A stretch of DNA of 64,000 nucleotides from Syntrophorhabdaceae bacterium (GTDB lineage: Bacteria; Desulfobacterota; Syntrophorhabdia; Syntrophorhabdales; Syntrophorhabdaceae): the NCBI GenBank assembly GCA_963666485.2, contig CAXXUO010000010.1, positions 32,001 through 96,000 on the forward strand, written 5' to 3'. Positions 1 to 9,937 of this stretch are shown here, piece by piece (within the stretch, counting starts at the first letter, position 1; the number at the start of each line of letters is the position of its first letter). The notes under the pieces are model-generated. The model saw only the letters and a program-made list of their open reading frames with translations, did not search any database and was not told where the DNA came from. A program made the translations under genes and the position numbers.

Positions 1-114
1 TCGGTGAACCGGGACATAATCATGGAATGCGAGATGATCGGCATTCCCCTCAACGAGTTCGCCGAGCTGTCCATCGCTGCGATGCTCGAGATAAGCGATA
101 CATTAGGGCTTTGA
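1..114 (+). CDS. 3' end of a CDS entering the window, probably an HD/HDIG-domain hydrolase (partial)
   Basis: Frame 1 is open from base 1: SVNRDIIMECEMIGIPLNEFAELSIAAMLEISDTLGL*, which resembles the C-terminus of HDIG proteins. Confidence 0.55.
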   Translation, partial: SVNRDIIMECEMIGIPLNEFAELSIAAMLEISDTLGL

Positions 115-182
115 ACGGTGCAACGGGGACCCTTCCCGGAAATCCTGCCCGAAATAAATATTCACCAACGAGATAGAACCGG

Positions 183-1466
183 ATGAATGGCGTATCGACG
201 AACGGCACAGTGCTGGCGAAAATAAAGAATTCACCTTACGTGCAGGCCTTTGCAAGCTACCGCATGATCGTCATGGTCATTCTCGGTTTCGCTTCCGGCC
301 TGCCGCTGCCGCTCACGTCAGGCACGCTCCAGGCGTGGCTGACCACGGCGGGCGTCGACATAAAGATGATCGGCATCTTTTCCATCGTCGGTCTTCCTTA
401 CACGTTAAAATTTCTCTGGTCGCCTTTCATGGACAGGTTTGTGCCGCCGTTTCTCGGCAGGCGCAGGGGGTGGATCGTCTTGACGCAGGTCGCCCTCCTT
501 GCCGGTATTGCGGTTATGGCCTTTATGTCGCCTCAGAGCATGCCCCTCGCGCTCGGCATCATCGCCCTGTGCGTCGCATTTTTTTCCGCTTCGCAGGATA
601 TCGTCGTCGATGCGTACCGGACGGACGTCCTGCCGACACAGGAGAGGGGCACCGGGGTCGCAGTTTTTATATTTGGCTACAGGATAGCGTTTCTCGTTGC
701 AGGCGCCCTGGCCCTCATGATGGCCGACAGGGTGGGATGGCAGAAAACATACATCTTCATGGCATCGCTCATGATCCTCGGTATGCTGGGCTCCTTCGCC
801 GGGCGCGAACCGGATGGGAAGATAGTTCCGCCGCGAAGCATGGGCGAAGCCGTCTGGGGCCCCTTGAAGGATTTCTTTTCGCGGAGATCGGCCATCGTCA
901 TATTGCTTTTCATCATCCTCTACAAACTCGGCGACGCGTACGCCGGGGCGCTGACAACGGCATTCCTCATCCGCGGTGTGCATTTTTCTTTAAGTGAACT
1001 GGCGATCATCAATAAATTGATAGGGATCGTCGCGACGATAGTCGGGGCCCTCTTTGGCGGGACCCTGATGGTGAAGATGGGCCTTTTCCGCTCCCTCTGG
1101 TGGTTTGGCATCCTGCAGACAGTATCGAATTTTTCCTTTATGGTACTGGCCGTTATCGGAAAGAGTTATACCGCGGCCATCGTTGCGGTCGCGTTTGAAA
1201 ATATCACCGGGGGTATGGGCTCGACAGCGTTCGTGGCCTTTGTCATGGCCCTGTGCAACAAGCGTTTCACAGCGACCCAGTTCGCCCTTTTGTCGTCTCT
1301 TGCCGTCCTGGGGCGCGTCGTGATATCCCCGACATCGGGATATATCGTGACCTATGTCGGATGGGCGATATTCTTCCTGTTCACGGTCATTGCGGCTCTG
1401 CCCGGTTTGGCCCTCCTTTTGTACCTGAAAAAGGAGATAATTTTGCTCGACAAGAGTGCGTCGTAA
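183..1466 (+). CDS. ampG: AmpG-family muropeptide MFS permease
   Basis: LGFASGLP, LKFLWSPFMD, GRRRGW, SASQDIVVDAYR and FTATQFALLSSL motifs; about 12 hydrophobic segments. Confidence 0.92.
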   Translation: MNGVSTNGTVLAKIKNSPYVQAFASYRMIVMVILGFASGLPLPLTSGTLQAWLTTAGVDIKMIGIFSIVGLPYTLKFLWSPFMDRFVPPFLGRRRGWIVLTQVALLAGIAVMAFMSPQSMPLALGIIALCVAFFSASQDIVVDAYRTDVLPTQERGTGVAVFIFGYRIAFLVAGALALMMADRVGWQKTYIFMASLMILGMLGSFAGREPDGKIVPPRSMGEAVWGPLKDFFSRRSAIVILLFIILYKLGDAYAGALTTAFLIRGVHFSLSELAIINKLIGIVATIVGALFGGTLMVKMGLFRSLWWFGILQTVSNFSFMVLAVIGKSYTAAIVAVAFENITGGMGSTAFVAFVMALCNKRFTATQFALLSSLAVLGRVVISPTSGYIVTYVGWAIFFLFTVIAALPGLALLLYLKKEIILLDKSAS

Positions 1467-1538
1467 CCCGTTTTTGCCTTATTTTTCATGCACTTCATTT
1501 TTATCAAAAGTTTTATTAAAGTTTTTTCATAAATTTCA

Positions 1539-1567
1539 TTGACAGGTTTTTGATACTATGGGATACT
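1539..1567 (+). promoter_or_regulatory. sigma70-type promoter of the cold-shock gene
   Basis: TTGACA-17 bp-GATACT with TG extension, about 115 nt upstream of the ATG (long csp-type 5'UTR). Confidence 0.6.
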
Positions 1568-1682
1568 GACAAACGAAGTTTCGGAAGTCGCTGTCAGTAG
1601 TGCTGAAGTGCCTTTAAGTACATCAACATCCACGACGCAGTTCCGTAATCTTCAAAAATATTTTAAGGAGGGTTTTAGTAAG

Positions 1683-1883
1683 ATGGCAAAAGGAACTGTG
1701 AAGTGGTTTAATGAGTCCAAAGGTTTTGGTTTTATAACGCAGGATGACGGTGTGGATGTTTTCGTTCACTACTCAGCGATCCAGGACTCCGGTTTCAAAA
1801 CCCTTGCGGAAGGCCAGGAAGTGAATTTTGACGTCGTGAAAGGTCCCAAGGGGCTTCAGGCGGCGAACGTAACAAAACTCTAA
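1683..1883 (+). CDS. cspA: Cold-shock protein
   Basis: [18 protein letters not shown]...DVFVHYSAI (RNP1/RNP2); SD AAGGAG upstream of ATG 1683; 66 aa. Confidence 0.95.
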   Translation: MAKGTVKWFNESKGFGFITQDDGVDVFVHYSAIQDSGFKTLAEGQEVNFDVVKGPKGLQAANVTKL

Positions 1884-1895
1884 AACTTAAAATAA

Positions 1896-1922
1896 AGGGG
1901 CCCGGTCCGTGCCGGGTCCTTC
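1896..1922. terminator. Hairpin between convergent csp and DUF1460 genes
   Basis: AGGGGCCCGG-tccgtg-CCGGGTCCTT stem-loop. Confidence 0.55.
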
Positions 1923-1941
1923 AATACATTTTATCTCAGGT

Positions 1942-2694
1942 TTAGCCGTGGAAGATCTCGAACTGGAACGTTTGGGGTCTTAACACCACGACGCCGGGTT
2001 TTTCTTTTATATAATTCACCAACAACTGGTCAGTGACTTTACGGTATGCTTCGGCGGATGAGGCGTGGCGCAGGTACGTGCCGCCATCGTGCTTGATGGC
2101 GATGCCGACATGGGAGACATCGAGGCCGTCCGTCTCCGTGTACATCCCGATATAATCGCCCGTATCGAGGGCCTGCAAGATCTCCTCATCGATCGAGGAC
2201 GAAGGGATATAGTCTATCATGCGTTCTACAACGGGGAGCCCGTCGAGAAACAGCGATCCGCCAGACGTGAGATTGAGCGATTTCAAAGTTGCCCGGGTCC
2301 TGTCTCCGCCAATCTCGCGGGTGATGTCCACTATGGACCCGCCGCTGTATTCCCGCCAGTCAGTGAAGAAATGGTTGCGCATTTGAAAGGAAACGATACC
2401 CGATCTATACCGCACTTTTTTGAGTTTCCCGAGAAAATCGGTGAATGAAGTAGAGCGGCGCAGCGACTCCACGTAATCGAGGAATGTGAAGCAGTCTATC
2501 CCGGAAAGGTCCACAACGAATTCTTCATCTGTGGCTGCACTGCCGATGAGTGTTGATTCCCTGTACGGGACCTCCAGAAATTTCCCCGACAGATACTGGA
2601 TGCGCTCATCGACATCGTGAAGGCATTGTGCGCTGGAAAGCATCAGGTCGATGTCCGATTCCGTCCAGTTTCCGAGTGATATTTTTGCACACAT
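1942..2694 (-). CDS. DUF1460 / NlpC-P60-like N-acetylmuramoyl-L-alanine amidase
   Basis: FLEVPY, DCFTFLDYVE (catalytic Cys), RNHFFTDW, GLDVSHVG and HASS motifs. Confidence 0.85.
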   Translation of the reverse strand: MCAKISLGNWTESDIDLMLSSAQCLHDVDERIQYLSGKFLEVPYRESTLIGSAATDEEFVVDLSGIDCFTFLDYVESLRRSTSFTDFLGKLKKVRYRSGIVSFQMRNHFFTDWREYSGGSIVDITREIGGDRTRATLKSLNLTSGGSLFLDGLPVVERMIDYIPSSSIDEEILQALDTGDYIGMYTETDGLDVSHVGIAIKHDGGTYLRHASSAEAYRKVTDQLLVNYIKEKPGVVVLRPQTFQFEIFHG

Positions 2695-2848
2695 GGTTTG
2701 TTATTCTAGCACAAAAACGAACGCGATGTCCCCTGTATGCCACATGGCCAAAACGGGTCGTGTCACCATTAACTTCTGCCTGAACACCCAAAAAGCGAGG
2801 ATAAGACCTCTGCCGTCAGTCCACGGCAAACCGGACGAAACTCTCCGC

Positions 2849-3173
2849 CGTCATTCCGGCGAAGGCCGGAATCCAGAGTCTTTGATGTTATATATCTTCT
2901 ATAATCTTACCGATATGCAATAGTTAATATCGAAAATTGCACGCTATATTAACGTGCCAGGAAAGGCAAAAGATACTGGATCCCGGCCTTCGCCGGGATG
3001 ACGGACCTGGGCGAATTGCAACATGGCATCTCTGCCCGGAATGACGGACGGGAAGGGTTAATGTTTACGGAATACCTTCACCATTCTTGCGACAAACCTG
3101 CTATAATCGGTCCATGCCCTTTCACTCAATCATGAAAAGAAAAGACACTGGATTCCGGCAAGCCGGAATGACG
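2849..3173. repeat. Cluster of CGTC-type REP palindromes (inverted doublet plus extra copies)
   Basis: CGTCATTCCGGCGAAGGCCGGAATCCAG (2849-2876), inverted CTGGATCCCGGCCTTCGCCGGGATGACG (2976-3003), half copy about 3035-3046, and CTGGATTCCGGCAAGCCGGAATGACG (3148-3173). Confidence 0.85.
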
Positions 3174-3220
3174 AATTTAGTATTGCAAGCTAATCCTATG
3201 AACTTTGATATTCAGGGATA

Positions 3221-4099
3221 GTGTTCGCAATGCGCGTAACAGACATTCATGTTCACGGTTTCGGGACTTACGACACGCTAACGGACGACGCGGACGACAT
3301 CCTCGCGATGGCCCGGCTTCATCATGCGTCCGGTGTTGACGCCATAGTCCCGACGGTTTACCCGTCATCTGCTGATGCGATGAGACGCAGCATGGCAGCC
3401 GTGAAGGCGGCGATGGAATGTCAGCGAAAGGACGGGCAAGGTGATGCGGCCGCTATCCTCGGCATCCATCTCGAGGGCCCTTTTCTCAACCCGGCCATGG
3501 CCGGCGCACTCGACAAAGGCTCTTTCCGTCAGCCGACGGTCGACAACTATCTTCGCCTCGTCGACGGTGTCGGTGATGCGGTCAGGATCGTTACGATCGC
3601 GCCGGAACTCGACGGTTCGCTCGAATTGATGAGGTTCCTGGCGGCCAACGGTATAACCGTCAGCATGGGCCATTCCGACGCTACTTTTGCCGAGGCTGAA
3701 GAAGGACACAGGGCCGGTGCGCGGGGCGTCACGCATATCTTCAACGCGATGCGCCCGATGCACCACCGGGAACCGGGGATTGCCGGCTTTGCCCTGATGT
3801 CCCCGGACGTGTATGTCGAAGTTATCGCCGATCCCTATCACCTGTCCGACCGGCTCATCGATTTTATATTCCGGGTAAAGAATCCTGAACGGATCATGCT
3901 TGTCTCCGACATGGTGCGATCGGGACCGGTAATCCCCGGGGACGGGGCCGCGCGGGACGCAACGGGAAGACTTGCCGGCGGTTCCCTGGTAATCACGGAG
4001 GCGGCGGCGCGTCTTAATGCCCTGGGGATCGACCGCAGCCTGACCGACCGGGCCATCCGTGAAAATCCGGCACTGTACCTGGGCCTCGACAATGACTAG
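3221..4099 (+). CDS. nagA: N-acetylglucosamine-6-phosphate deacetylase (short form)
   Basis: DIHVHG, GIHLEGPFL, TIAPE, GHSDA, THIFNAM and LVSD motifs. Confidence 0.85.
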   Translation: MFAMRVTDIHVHGFGTYDTLTDDADDILAMARLHHASGVDAIVPTVYPSSADAMRRSMAAVKAAMECQRKDGQGDAAAILGIHLEGPFLNPAMAGALDKGSFRQPTVDNYLRLVDGVGDAVRIVTIAPELDGSLELMRFLAANGITVSMGHSDATFAEAEEGHRAGARGVTHIFNAMRPMHHREPGIAGFALMSPDVYVEVIADPYHLSDRLIDFIFRVKNPERIMLVSDMVRSGPVIPGDGAARDATGRLAGGSLVITEAAARLNALGIDRSLTDRAIRENPALYLGLDND

Positions 4100-4233
4100 A
4101 CGCGTGCACGTTCGCCCCGCCGCGGCCAAAAGACGTTATGTTCTTTTGTGCAAAATGAGCCATATTTTGCCGGACCATGGACGGATAGTTTGTATTACAT
4201 TGTAATGAGTGGTGGGTAACCCCTTAATTAACA

Positions 4234-4262
4234 TTGACTATCCGGGTGAATTCCATTAGAAT
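4234..4262 (+). promoter_or_regulatory. sigma70 promoter of the ffh operon
   Basis: TTGACT-17 bp-TAGAAT. Confidence 0.65.
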
Positions 4263-4277
4263 ATACCCCTATAAGCT

Positions 4278-5609
4278 ATGTTCGAAAAGTTACAGGAAAG
4301 ATTTGAATCGACCTTCAAGAAGGTTCGGGGATACGGGAAGCTTACCGAAACCAACATCAAGGACACGCTGCGCGAGGTGAGAGTAGCGCTTCTGGAAGCT
4401 GATGTCAATTTTAAGGTAGCGAAGGATTTCCTCGAAAAAGTGAAGGAAAAGGCAATGGGCGAGGACGTGCTTTCGAGCATCACGCCCGGGCAGCAGTTCG
4501 TGAAGATCGTCTACGATGAGCTGTGTGACGTCCTCGGCAGCGCAAACAAGCCGCTCGACGTCGCCGCCACTCCGCCCGTTCCGGTTATGCTTATCGGCCT
4601 GCAGGGTTCCGGCAAGACGACGACCTCGGCAAAGCTCGCGATCCTGATCAGGAAGATGGGGCGCAAGCCGCTGCTCGTACCTTCCGACATATACCGGCCG
4701 GCAGCGATAGACCAGCTTGTCAAGCTCGGAAAGCAGATCAACGTCGAGGCGTTCACGATGGATGTCGTGAAAGACCCCGTCACGATCTGTAAAGAAGCGA
4801 AGATCTACGCCATGCGCAACGGCTACGATACCCTGATCATCGACACGGCGGGCCGGCTGCATATCGACGACAACATGGTGGGCGAGCTCGTCGAGCAGAA
4901 AAAAGCGCTCAACCCGAAGGAAACCCTTCTCGTTCTCGACGCAATGACCGGCCAGGATGCCGTGAGCATTGCCACCGTTTTTAACGAGAAGCTTGGCATA
5001 GACGGCATCATCCTGACGAAGCTCGACGGCGATACCCGCGGTGGTGCGGCCATATCGATAAAGGCCGTGACCGGCAAGCCGATCAAGTTCATCGGTGTCG
5101 GCGAGAAGCTCGATGCACTCGAGCCGTTCTTTCCCGACCGGATGGCATCGCGCATCCTCGGCATGGGAGACGTCGTTTCCCTCGTCGAAAAGGCGCAGGA
5201 CATCTATGACGAAAAACAGGCCCGGGAGCTCGAGCGGAAGTTCCGCAAGGACGAGTTCACCCTCGAGGATTTCCGTGACCAGATACGCCAGATGAAGAAA
5301 ATGGGGTCGCTGGAATCGATCATCGGCATGATCCCGGGAATGGGCAAATTAAAGGGTGCAATAAATTTCGCGGAAGCGGAAAAGGATATAAAAAAGACAG
5401 AGGCGATCATCAATTCCATGACCACGAAGGAACGGGCGAAGCCCAACATCATCGACGGGAGCCGGCGGCTGCGCATATCGAAGGGAAGCGGCACGCAGGT
5501 GCAGGATGTCAATGATCTCCTCAAGAAATACATGGAAACAAAAAAACTGCTGAAGAAATTTACCAAGGGAGGCGCCAAGGGCCTCCAGAGACAGCTTTTC
5601 ATGAAATAA
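4278..5609 (+). CDS. ffh: Signal recognition particle protein Ffh
   Basis: ALLEADV, GLQGSGKTT, DTAGR, TKLDGD and Met-rich M domain. Confidence 0.98.
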   Translation: MFEKLQERFESTFKKVRGYGKLTETNIKDTLREVRVALLEADVNFKVAKDFLEKVKEKAMGEDVLSSITPGQQFVKIVYDELCDVLGSANKPLDVAATPPVPVMLIGLQGSGKTTTSAKLAILIRKMGRKPLLVPSDIYRPAAIDQLVKLGKQINVEAFTMDVVKDPVTICKEAKIYAMRNGYDTLIIDTAGRLHIDDNMVGELVEQKKALNPKETLLVLDAMTGQDAVSIATVFNEKLGIDGIILTKLDGDTRGGAAISIKAVTGKPIKFIGVGEKLDALEPFFPDRMASRILGMGDVVSLVEKAQDIYDEKQARELERKFRKDEFTLEDFRDQIRQMKKMGSLESIIGMIPGMGKLKGAINFAEAEKDIKKTEAIINSMTTKERAKPNIIDGSRRLRISKGSGTQVQDVNDLLKKYMETKKLLKKFTKGGAKGLQRQLFMK

Positions 5610-5621
5610 GGAGGTGGGATT

Positions 5622-5876
5622 TTGGCTGTAAAATTTAGATTGTCGAGGTTTGGAGCAAAGAAGAAACCATTTTACCGTATTGTCGTGGCGGACGAACGCT
5701 CCCCGAGGGACGGGAGGTTCATCGATAAGGTCGGGTTTTATGATCCACTCAAGAACCCGGCGCAGATAAGCCTCGACAAAGAAAAGATCAAAACGTGGTA
5801 TGAAAAAGGGGTAAGGCCCACGAGGACCGTTGAGAGTCTGTTCAAGAGAGAGGGGGTTCTGAAGGAGCTTTCTTAA
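5622..5876 (+). CDS. rpsP: 30S ribosomal protein S16
   Basis: KKPFYRIVVADERSPRDGRFI; TTG start behind AAGGAGGT. Confidence 0.97.
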   Translation: MAVKFRLSRFGAKKKPFYRIVVADERSPRDGRFIDKVGFYDPLKNPAQISLDKEKIKTWYEKGVRPTRTVESLFKREGVLKELS

Positions 5877-5894
5877 ATCCTACGGAGGTGGATC

Positions 5895-6128
5895 GTGTTG
5901 AAAGAGTTGATCGAGTACATTGCGAAGGCATTAGTTGACAATCCTGATTCTGTGCGGGTCTCCGAGATCGAGGGGGAAAAAACATCGGTAATCGAGCTCA
6001 ATGTTGCCAAAGATGACCTTGGGAAAGTCATCGGGAAGCAGGGCAGAACCGCCCGGGCCATGAGGACGATATTGAGCGCGGCCTCGACGAAGGTCAAGAA
6101 GAGAGCGGTCCTCGAGATCATCGAATAA
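5895..6128 (+). CDS. khpA: KH-domain RNA-binding protein
   Basis: [17 protein letters not shown]; canonical position between rpsP and rimM. Confidence 0.93.
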   Translation: MLKELIEYIAKALVDNPDSVRVSEIEGEKTSVIELNVAKDDLGKVIGKQGRTARAMRTILSAASTKVKKRAVLEIIE

Positions 6129-6625
6129 TGAAATGGGTCCCTGTCGGCCGCGTCGTGTCGACAAGCGGCCTTAAGGGTGAAGTAAAGTTTTACTACTACA
6201 ACGAGGTGAAGGAAGAATTTTTCGACTACACCTCGTTGTTTGCCCTTAAAGGTGATGACTATTTAGAACTGAAGCCTCAAGAGGCAAAGTACCGGAAGCA
6301 TTTTTTTTATCTCTCATTTCGTGGGCTTTCAACAATTGAGGAGGTCTCTTTCCTGGTGACGAAAGAACTGTTCGTCCGGGAGGAAGACCTCCGGCCGTTA
6401 GATGACGGCGAGTATTACGAGTACCAGCTTATAGGGCTCGACGTGATAAACGTCGACGGCAGGCGGCTCGGTACCGTCCGTTCGATCATGCATACCGGCG
6501 CGAGCGATATCCTCGACGTGGCGGGAGACCGTGAGTACCTTATCCCGATGGTGGAAGGGTTCATCACTGCCGTAAGCAGAGAAAAAGGCATGGTAGAAGT
6601 GGACATACAAGGATTGGCCGAATGA
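6128..6625 (+). CDS. rimM: Ribosome maturation factor RimM
   Basis: GLKGEVK, GEYYEYQLIGL and YLIPMV; synteny. Confidence 0.93.
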   Translation: MKWVPVGRVVSTSGLKGEVKFYYYNEVKEEFFDYTSLFALKGDDYLELKPQEAKYRKHFFYLSFRGLSTIEEVSFLVTKELFVREEDLRPLDDGEYYEYQLIGLDVINVDGRRLGTVRSIMHTGASDILDVAGDREYLIPMVEGFITAVSREKGMVEVDIQGLAE

Positions 6626-7356
6626 AATTTTCGATACTGACGCTTTTCCCCGGCATGTTCGAACAGCCGCTCAAGGAGAGCATCCTGGGAAAGGCAGCTG
6701 ACAAAGGGCTTGTCAATTTCGACATTGTCAATATCCGTGATTTTGCGGACGAGCCCCACCGGTCGTGCGACGACACGCCCTACGGCGGGGGCCCGGGGAT
6801 GGTCATGAAGGTCGAGCCTATCTACCGGGCCATAGAGCACGTGAAGGCAACAAGCGGCAGGGCGAAGGTCGTTCTCATGACGCCGCAGGGGCGCCGGTTC
6901 GACCATTTCACTGCAGAGCGTTTTGCCCGGTCACCGCACATATGCGTCGTGTGCGGACGGTACGAAGGTGTCGACGAACGGGTCCTCGAGTATATAGACG
7001 AAGAGATCTCGATCGGTGATTACGTTACGTCCGGGGGTGAATTCCCGGCGCTTGTTCTCATCGACGCCGTTGCCCGCTTCATTCCGGGCGTTCTCGGGAA
7101 CGATGCCTCGATGCATTCCGAGAGCTTCAAGGAACCACTCCTGGAATATCCCCAGTATACGCGGCCGGAAACATTTATGGACCTTGCGGTCCCGCCGGTC
7201 CTGCTTTCGGGGAACCACGAGGAGATACGCAAGTGGCGGCGCAAAGAGGCGATCCGCAAGACGTTCCTGAGGCGGCCGGACCTTCTCGAGGGATTTCAGG
7301 CCACTGACGAAGACAGGCGGTTCATGCGCGAGGTAATGGAGGAGATCCCTGAATAA
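6622..7356 (+). CDS. trmD: tRNA (guanine37-N1)-methyltransferase
   Basis: DDTPYGGGPGMVM, CGRYEGVDER, SIGDYV and LLEYPQYTRP. Confidence 0.98.
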   Translation: MKFSILTLFPGMFEQPLKESILGKAADKGLVNFDIVNIRDFADEPHRSCDDTPYGGGPGMVMKVEPIYRAIEHVKATSGRAKVVLMTPQGRRFDHFTAERFARSPHICVVCGRYEGVDERVLEYIDEEISIGDYVTSGGEFPALVLIDAVARFIPGVLGNDASMHSESFKEPLLEYPQYTRPETFMDLAVPPVLLSGNHEEIRKWRRKEAIRKTFLRRPDLLEGFQATDEDRRFMREVMEEIPE

Positions 7357-7357
7357 C

Positions 7358-7930
7358 GTGAGCATCGGGGTTGTCCATTATCCCGTTTACGACAAGCGCG
7401 GCGATATCGTGGCGACGAGCCTGACGAACCTGGAAATACACGATATGGCAAGAACATGCATGACTTTTGGTATAGACCTGTGCTATATTGTGTCACCTCT
7501 CGCGAAACAGCGCGAGATTGCGGAAAAACTGATCCATCACTGGGTTTCAGGATACGGGGCGACATACAACCCGAAAAGGGGACAGGCGCTCAGGAAGGTG
7601 AGGATCAGACAGGATATCGATGCGATGATCGCCGATTATGGCGACGGCCCGAGGCCTTTCATCGTCGGTACGTCTTCCCGGGTGCGGGAAGGGAAAATGA
7701 TGTCCTGCGGTGATTTCTACGACATCATCCAAGAGGGGCTCAGGCCGGCTCTTGTACTCTTTGGGACCGGTTGGGGCCTGGCCGAAGAGGTCGTGGAAAG
7801 ATGCGACAGAATGCTGGAACCCATCAGCGGCGCCGGTGATTACAATCACCTTTCCCTGCGCGTCGCACTGGGTATTATACTGGACAGGATCTTTAGTTTA
7901 AGAGGAGGGAACCATGAACGAGATGGTTGA
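7358..7930 (+). CDS. SPOUT-class RNA methyltransferase (TM1570/DUF2168-like)
   Basis: [23 protein letters not shown] and YNHLSLR; usual trmD neighbour. Confidence 0.85.
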   Translation: MSIGVVHYPVYDKRGDIVATSLTNLEIHDMARTCMTFGIDLCYIVSPLAKQREIAEKLIHHWVSGYGATYNPKRGQALRKVRIRQDIDAMIADYGDGPRPFIVGTSSRVREGKMMSCGDFYDIIQEGLRPALVLFGTGWGLAEEVVERCDRMLEPISGAGDYNHLSLRVALGIILDRIFSLRGGNHERDG

Positions 7931-8261
7931 CATGCTTGAGAAAGAACATATGAGGCTCGACCTCCCCGAGGTCGGCATAGGCGATAATGTTAAAGTCTAT
8001 ACACGGATCTTTGAAGGGGACAAGGAAAGGATCCAGGTGTTTGAAGGTGTCGTGATACGCAAAAGAGGCGGCAACACCCGGGCGACGTTCACCGTTCGCA
8101 AGGTATCGTACGGCGTAGGCGTAGAAAAGACCTTTCCCATTCATTCACCGCTCATCGACCGGATCGAGAGGGTCTCGAAGAGCAAGATCAGGCGTTCAAA
8201 ACTCTACTTCCTGAGAGAACTCAGGGGAAAAGCGGCAAAGCTGAAAGAAAAAAGGGATTAG
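7914..8261 (+). CDS. rplS: 50S ribosomal protein L19
   Basis: [27 protein letters not shown] and KLYFLR. Confidence 0.98.
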   Translation: MNEMVDMLEKEHMRLDLPEVGIGDNVKVYTRIFEGDKERIQVFEGVVIRKRGGNTRATFTVRKVSYGVGVEKTFPIHSPLIDRIERVSKSKIRRSKLYFLRELRGKAAKLKEKRD

Positions 8262-8269
8262 AAACATAT

Positions 8270-8851
8270 ATGATCTGCCGGCTGACAGGCCTTGTGGGAG
8301 GGATAGACGAGGCCGGGCGGGGCCCGCTCGCAGGCCCGGTTGTTTCGTCCTGTGTTATCTGGGAAAAAGTGCCGGAAACGAAAAATGGTGTGACCGACTC
8401 GAAGCTCCTGACAGAAAAGGAGCGAGTCGGTCTTTTTTCGTGGATCATGGACAATGCGCTGAGTATCGGGATCGGCATGGCAACCCACGAGGAGATAGAC
8501 AGCCTCAACATCCTCAATGCCACCATCCTTTCCATGGAACGCGCCTTCCGTGCCGCTGGTGTTGAGCCGGACATCCTGCTTGTCGACGGCAACCGGGGAT
8601 TGACCAACTACCCGAAAGCCCGGCCGATCGTACGCGGTGACCGGAAATGCTTCTTCATGGCAAGCGCGTCCATCGTGGCCAAGGTCACTCGTGACCGGGC
8701 CATGGATGAATACGACAGGGTTTATCCTCCGTACAATTTCAAGACCAATAAAGGGTACCCGACCGCTGAACACCGCGCTGCCATAAAGGAGTACGGGGTA
8801 ACGCCCATCCATCGCAGGACCTTCAAGGGTGTCAGGGAATACTGTGGATAA
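8270..8851 (+). CDS. rnhB: Ribonuclease HII
   Basis: GIDEAGRGPLAGPV, DSK, ASIVAKVTRD, KGYPT and HRRTF. Confidence 0.96.
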   Translation: MICRLTGLVGGIDEAGRGPLAGPVVSSCVIWEKVPETKNGVTDSKLLTEKERVGLFSWIMDNALSIGIGMATHEEIDSLNILNATILSMERAFRAAGVEPDILLVDGNRGLTNYPKARPIVRGDRKCFFMASASIVAKVTRDRAMDEYDRVYPPYNFKTNKGYPTAEHRAAIKEYGVTPIHRRTFKGVREYCG

Positions 8852-9197
8852 CAGAAAACTGACGGGAAGGGAAGGCGAGGACAGGGCGGCGGCCGTCCTT
8901 AAAAAACAGGGATATAAAATTCTCCAGAGGAACTTCAAGAGCCGGTTCGGTGAGATCGATATTATTGCAGAGGACGACGATTTCCTGGTCTTCGTTGAAG
9001 TGAAGAGGAGGTCCGGACAGAGTTTCGGGACGTCCCTCGAGGCGATCAACCCCCGGAAAAAGCTCCATATAATTCGCTCGGCCGAGACCTATCTCAAAGC
9101 GAACCATTGCCTCGGCCGGAGGATAAGATTTGACGTTGTCGGGATAGACGGCGATAATGTAAAGGTGATAAAGCATGCATTCGGGGATGACAGATGA
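8829..9197 (+). CDS. yraN: YraN/UPF0102 family protein
   Basis: GEIDIIA, LVFVEVK and RFDVV. Confidence 0.9.
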   Translation: MSGNTVDNRKLTGREGEDRAAAVLKKQGYKILQRNFKSRFGEIDIIAEDDDFLVFVEVKRRSGQSFGTSLEAINPRKKLHIIRSAETYLKANHCLGRRIRFDVVGIDGDNVKVIKHAFGDDR

Positions 9198-9937
9198 TCG
9201 ATGAAAAGGTGATCGAGCTTTTGAGCGCCGTTGCCGAGGGGAAGCTCTCCGTCGCGGATGCGTATGAGGGTCTGCGGCACGTTCCGTACGACGACATCGG
9301 GCACTCGAAGATCGACCATCACCGGCTCCTGCGCAAAGGGGTGCAGGAGGTCGTTTTCGGGCAGGGTAAGACCCTACCGCAACTCCTCGATATTGTCGGT
9401 TCGTTCCGGCAGAAAGACCTCGATGTCCTTGTTACCCGGATCGACGCCGATCACGGAGCTGAACTCGTCCGTGTATACCCCGAAGGAAAATACCACGCTG
9501 ATGCGCGTTGTTTCATCATACGGAAAGATCGTGCTTCTGAAGGAAAGGGCGTAGTCCTTGTTGTCTCCGCCGGGACAAGTGATGCAAAGATCGCCGAGGA
9601 GGCCTATGAGACATCGCTCTTCTTCGGCAATGAGACGGAAAAACTCTACGACGTCGGCGTGGCGGGGATCCACCGCCTTTTTCACAACATGGAAAAATTA
9701 AGGCGCGCGCGCGTTATCATCGTGGCGGCCGGCATGGAAGGGGCGCTGCCGTCCATCATTGCAGGCATCGTCGGGGTACCCGTGATCGCCGTTCCGACGA
9801 GCGTCGGGTACGGCGCGAGCTTCTCGGGCCTCACCGCCCTTCTCGCAATGCTGAACTCGTGCTCCACGGTCGCGGTCTTCAATATTGACAACGGGTTTGG
9901 CGCCGCCTATTACGCGACATTGATAAACCGGTTATGA
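9194..9937 (+). CDS. larB: Nickel-pincer cofactor biosynthesis protein LarB (AIR carboxylase-like)
   Basis: AGTSD, DVGVAGIHRL, AGMEGALPS, PTSVGYG and NIDNGFGAA. Confidence 0.93.
   Translation: MIDEKVIELLSAVAEGKLSVADAYEGLRHVPYDDIGHSKIDHHRLLRKGVQEVVFGQGKTLPQLLDIVGSFRQKDLDVLVTRIDADHGAELVRVYPEGKYHADARCFIIRKDRASEGKGVVLVVSAGTSDAKIAEEAYETSLFFGNETEKLYDVGVAGIHRLFHNMEKLRRARVIIVAAGMEGALPSIIAGIVGVPVIAVPTSVGYGASFSGLTALLAMLNSCSTVAVFNIDNGFGAAYYATLINRL

Noticed and set aside
4100..4277. SRP RNA upstream of ffh
   Set aside because: No helix-8 CAGG/GGAA/AGCA motif; only two short palindromes (4150-4170, 4194-4206) of unknown meaning.
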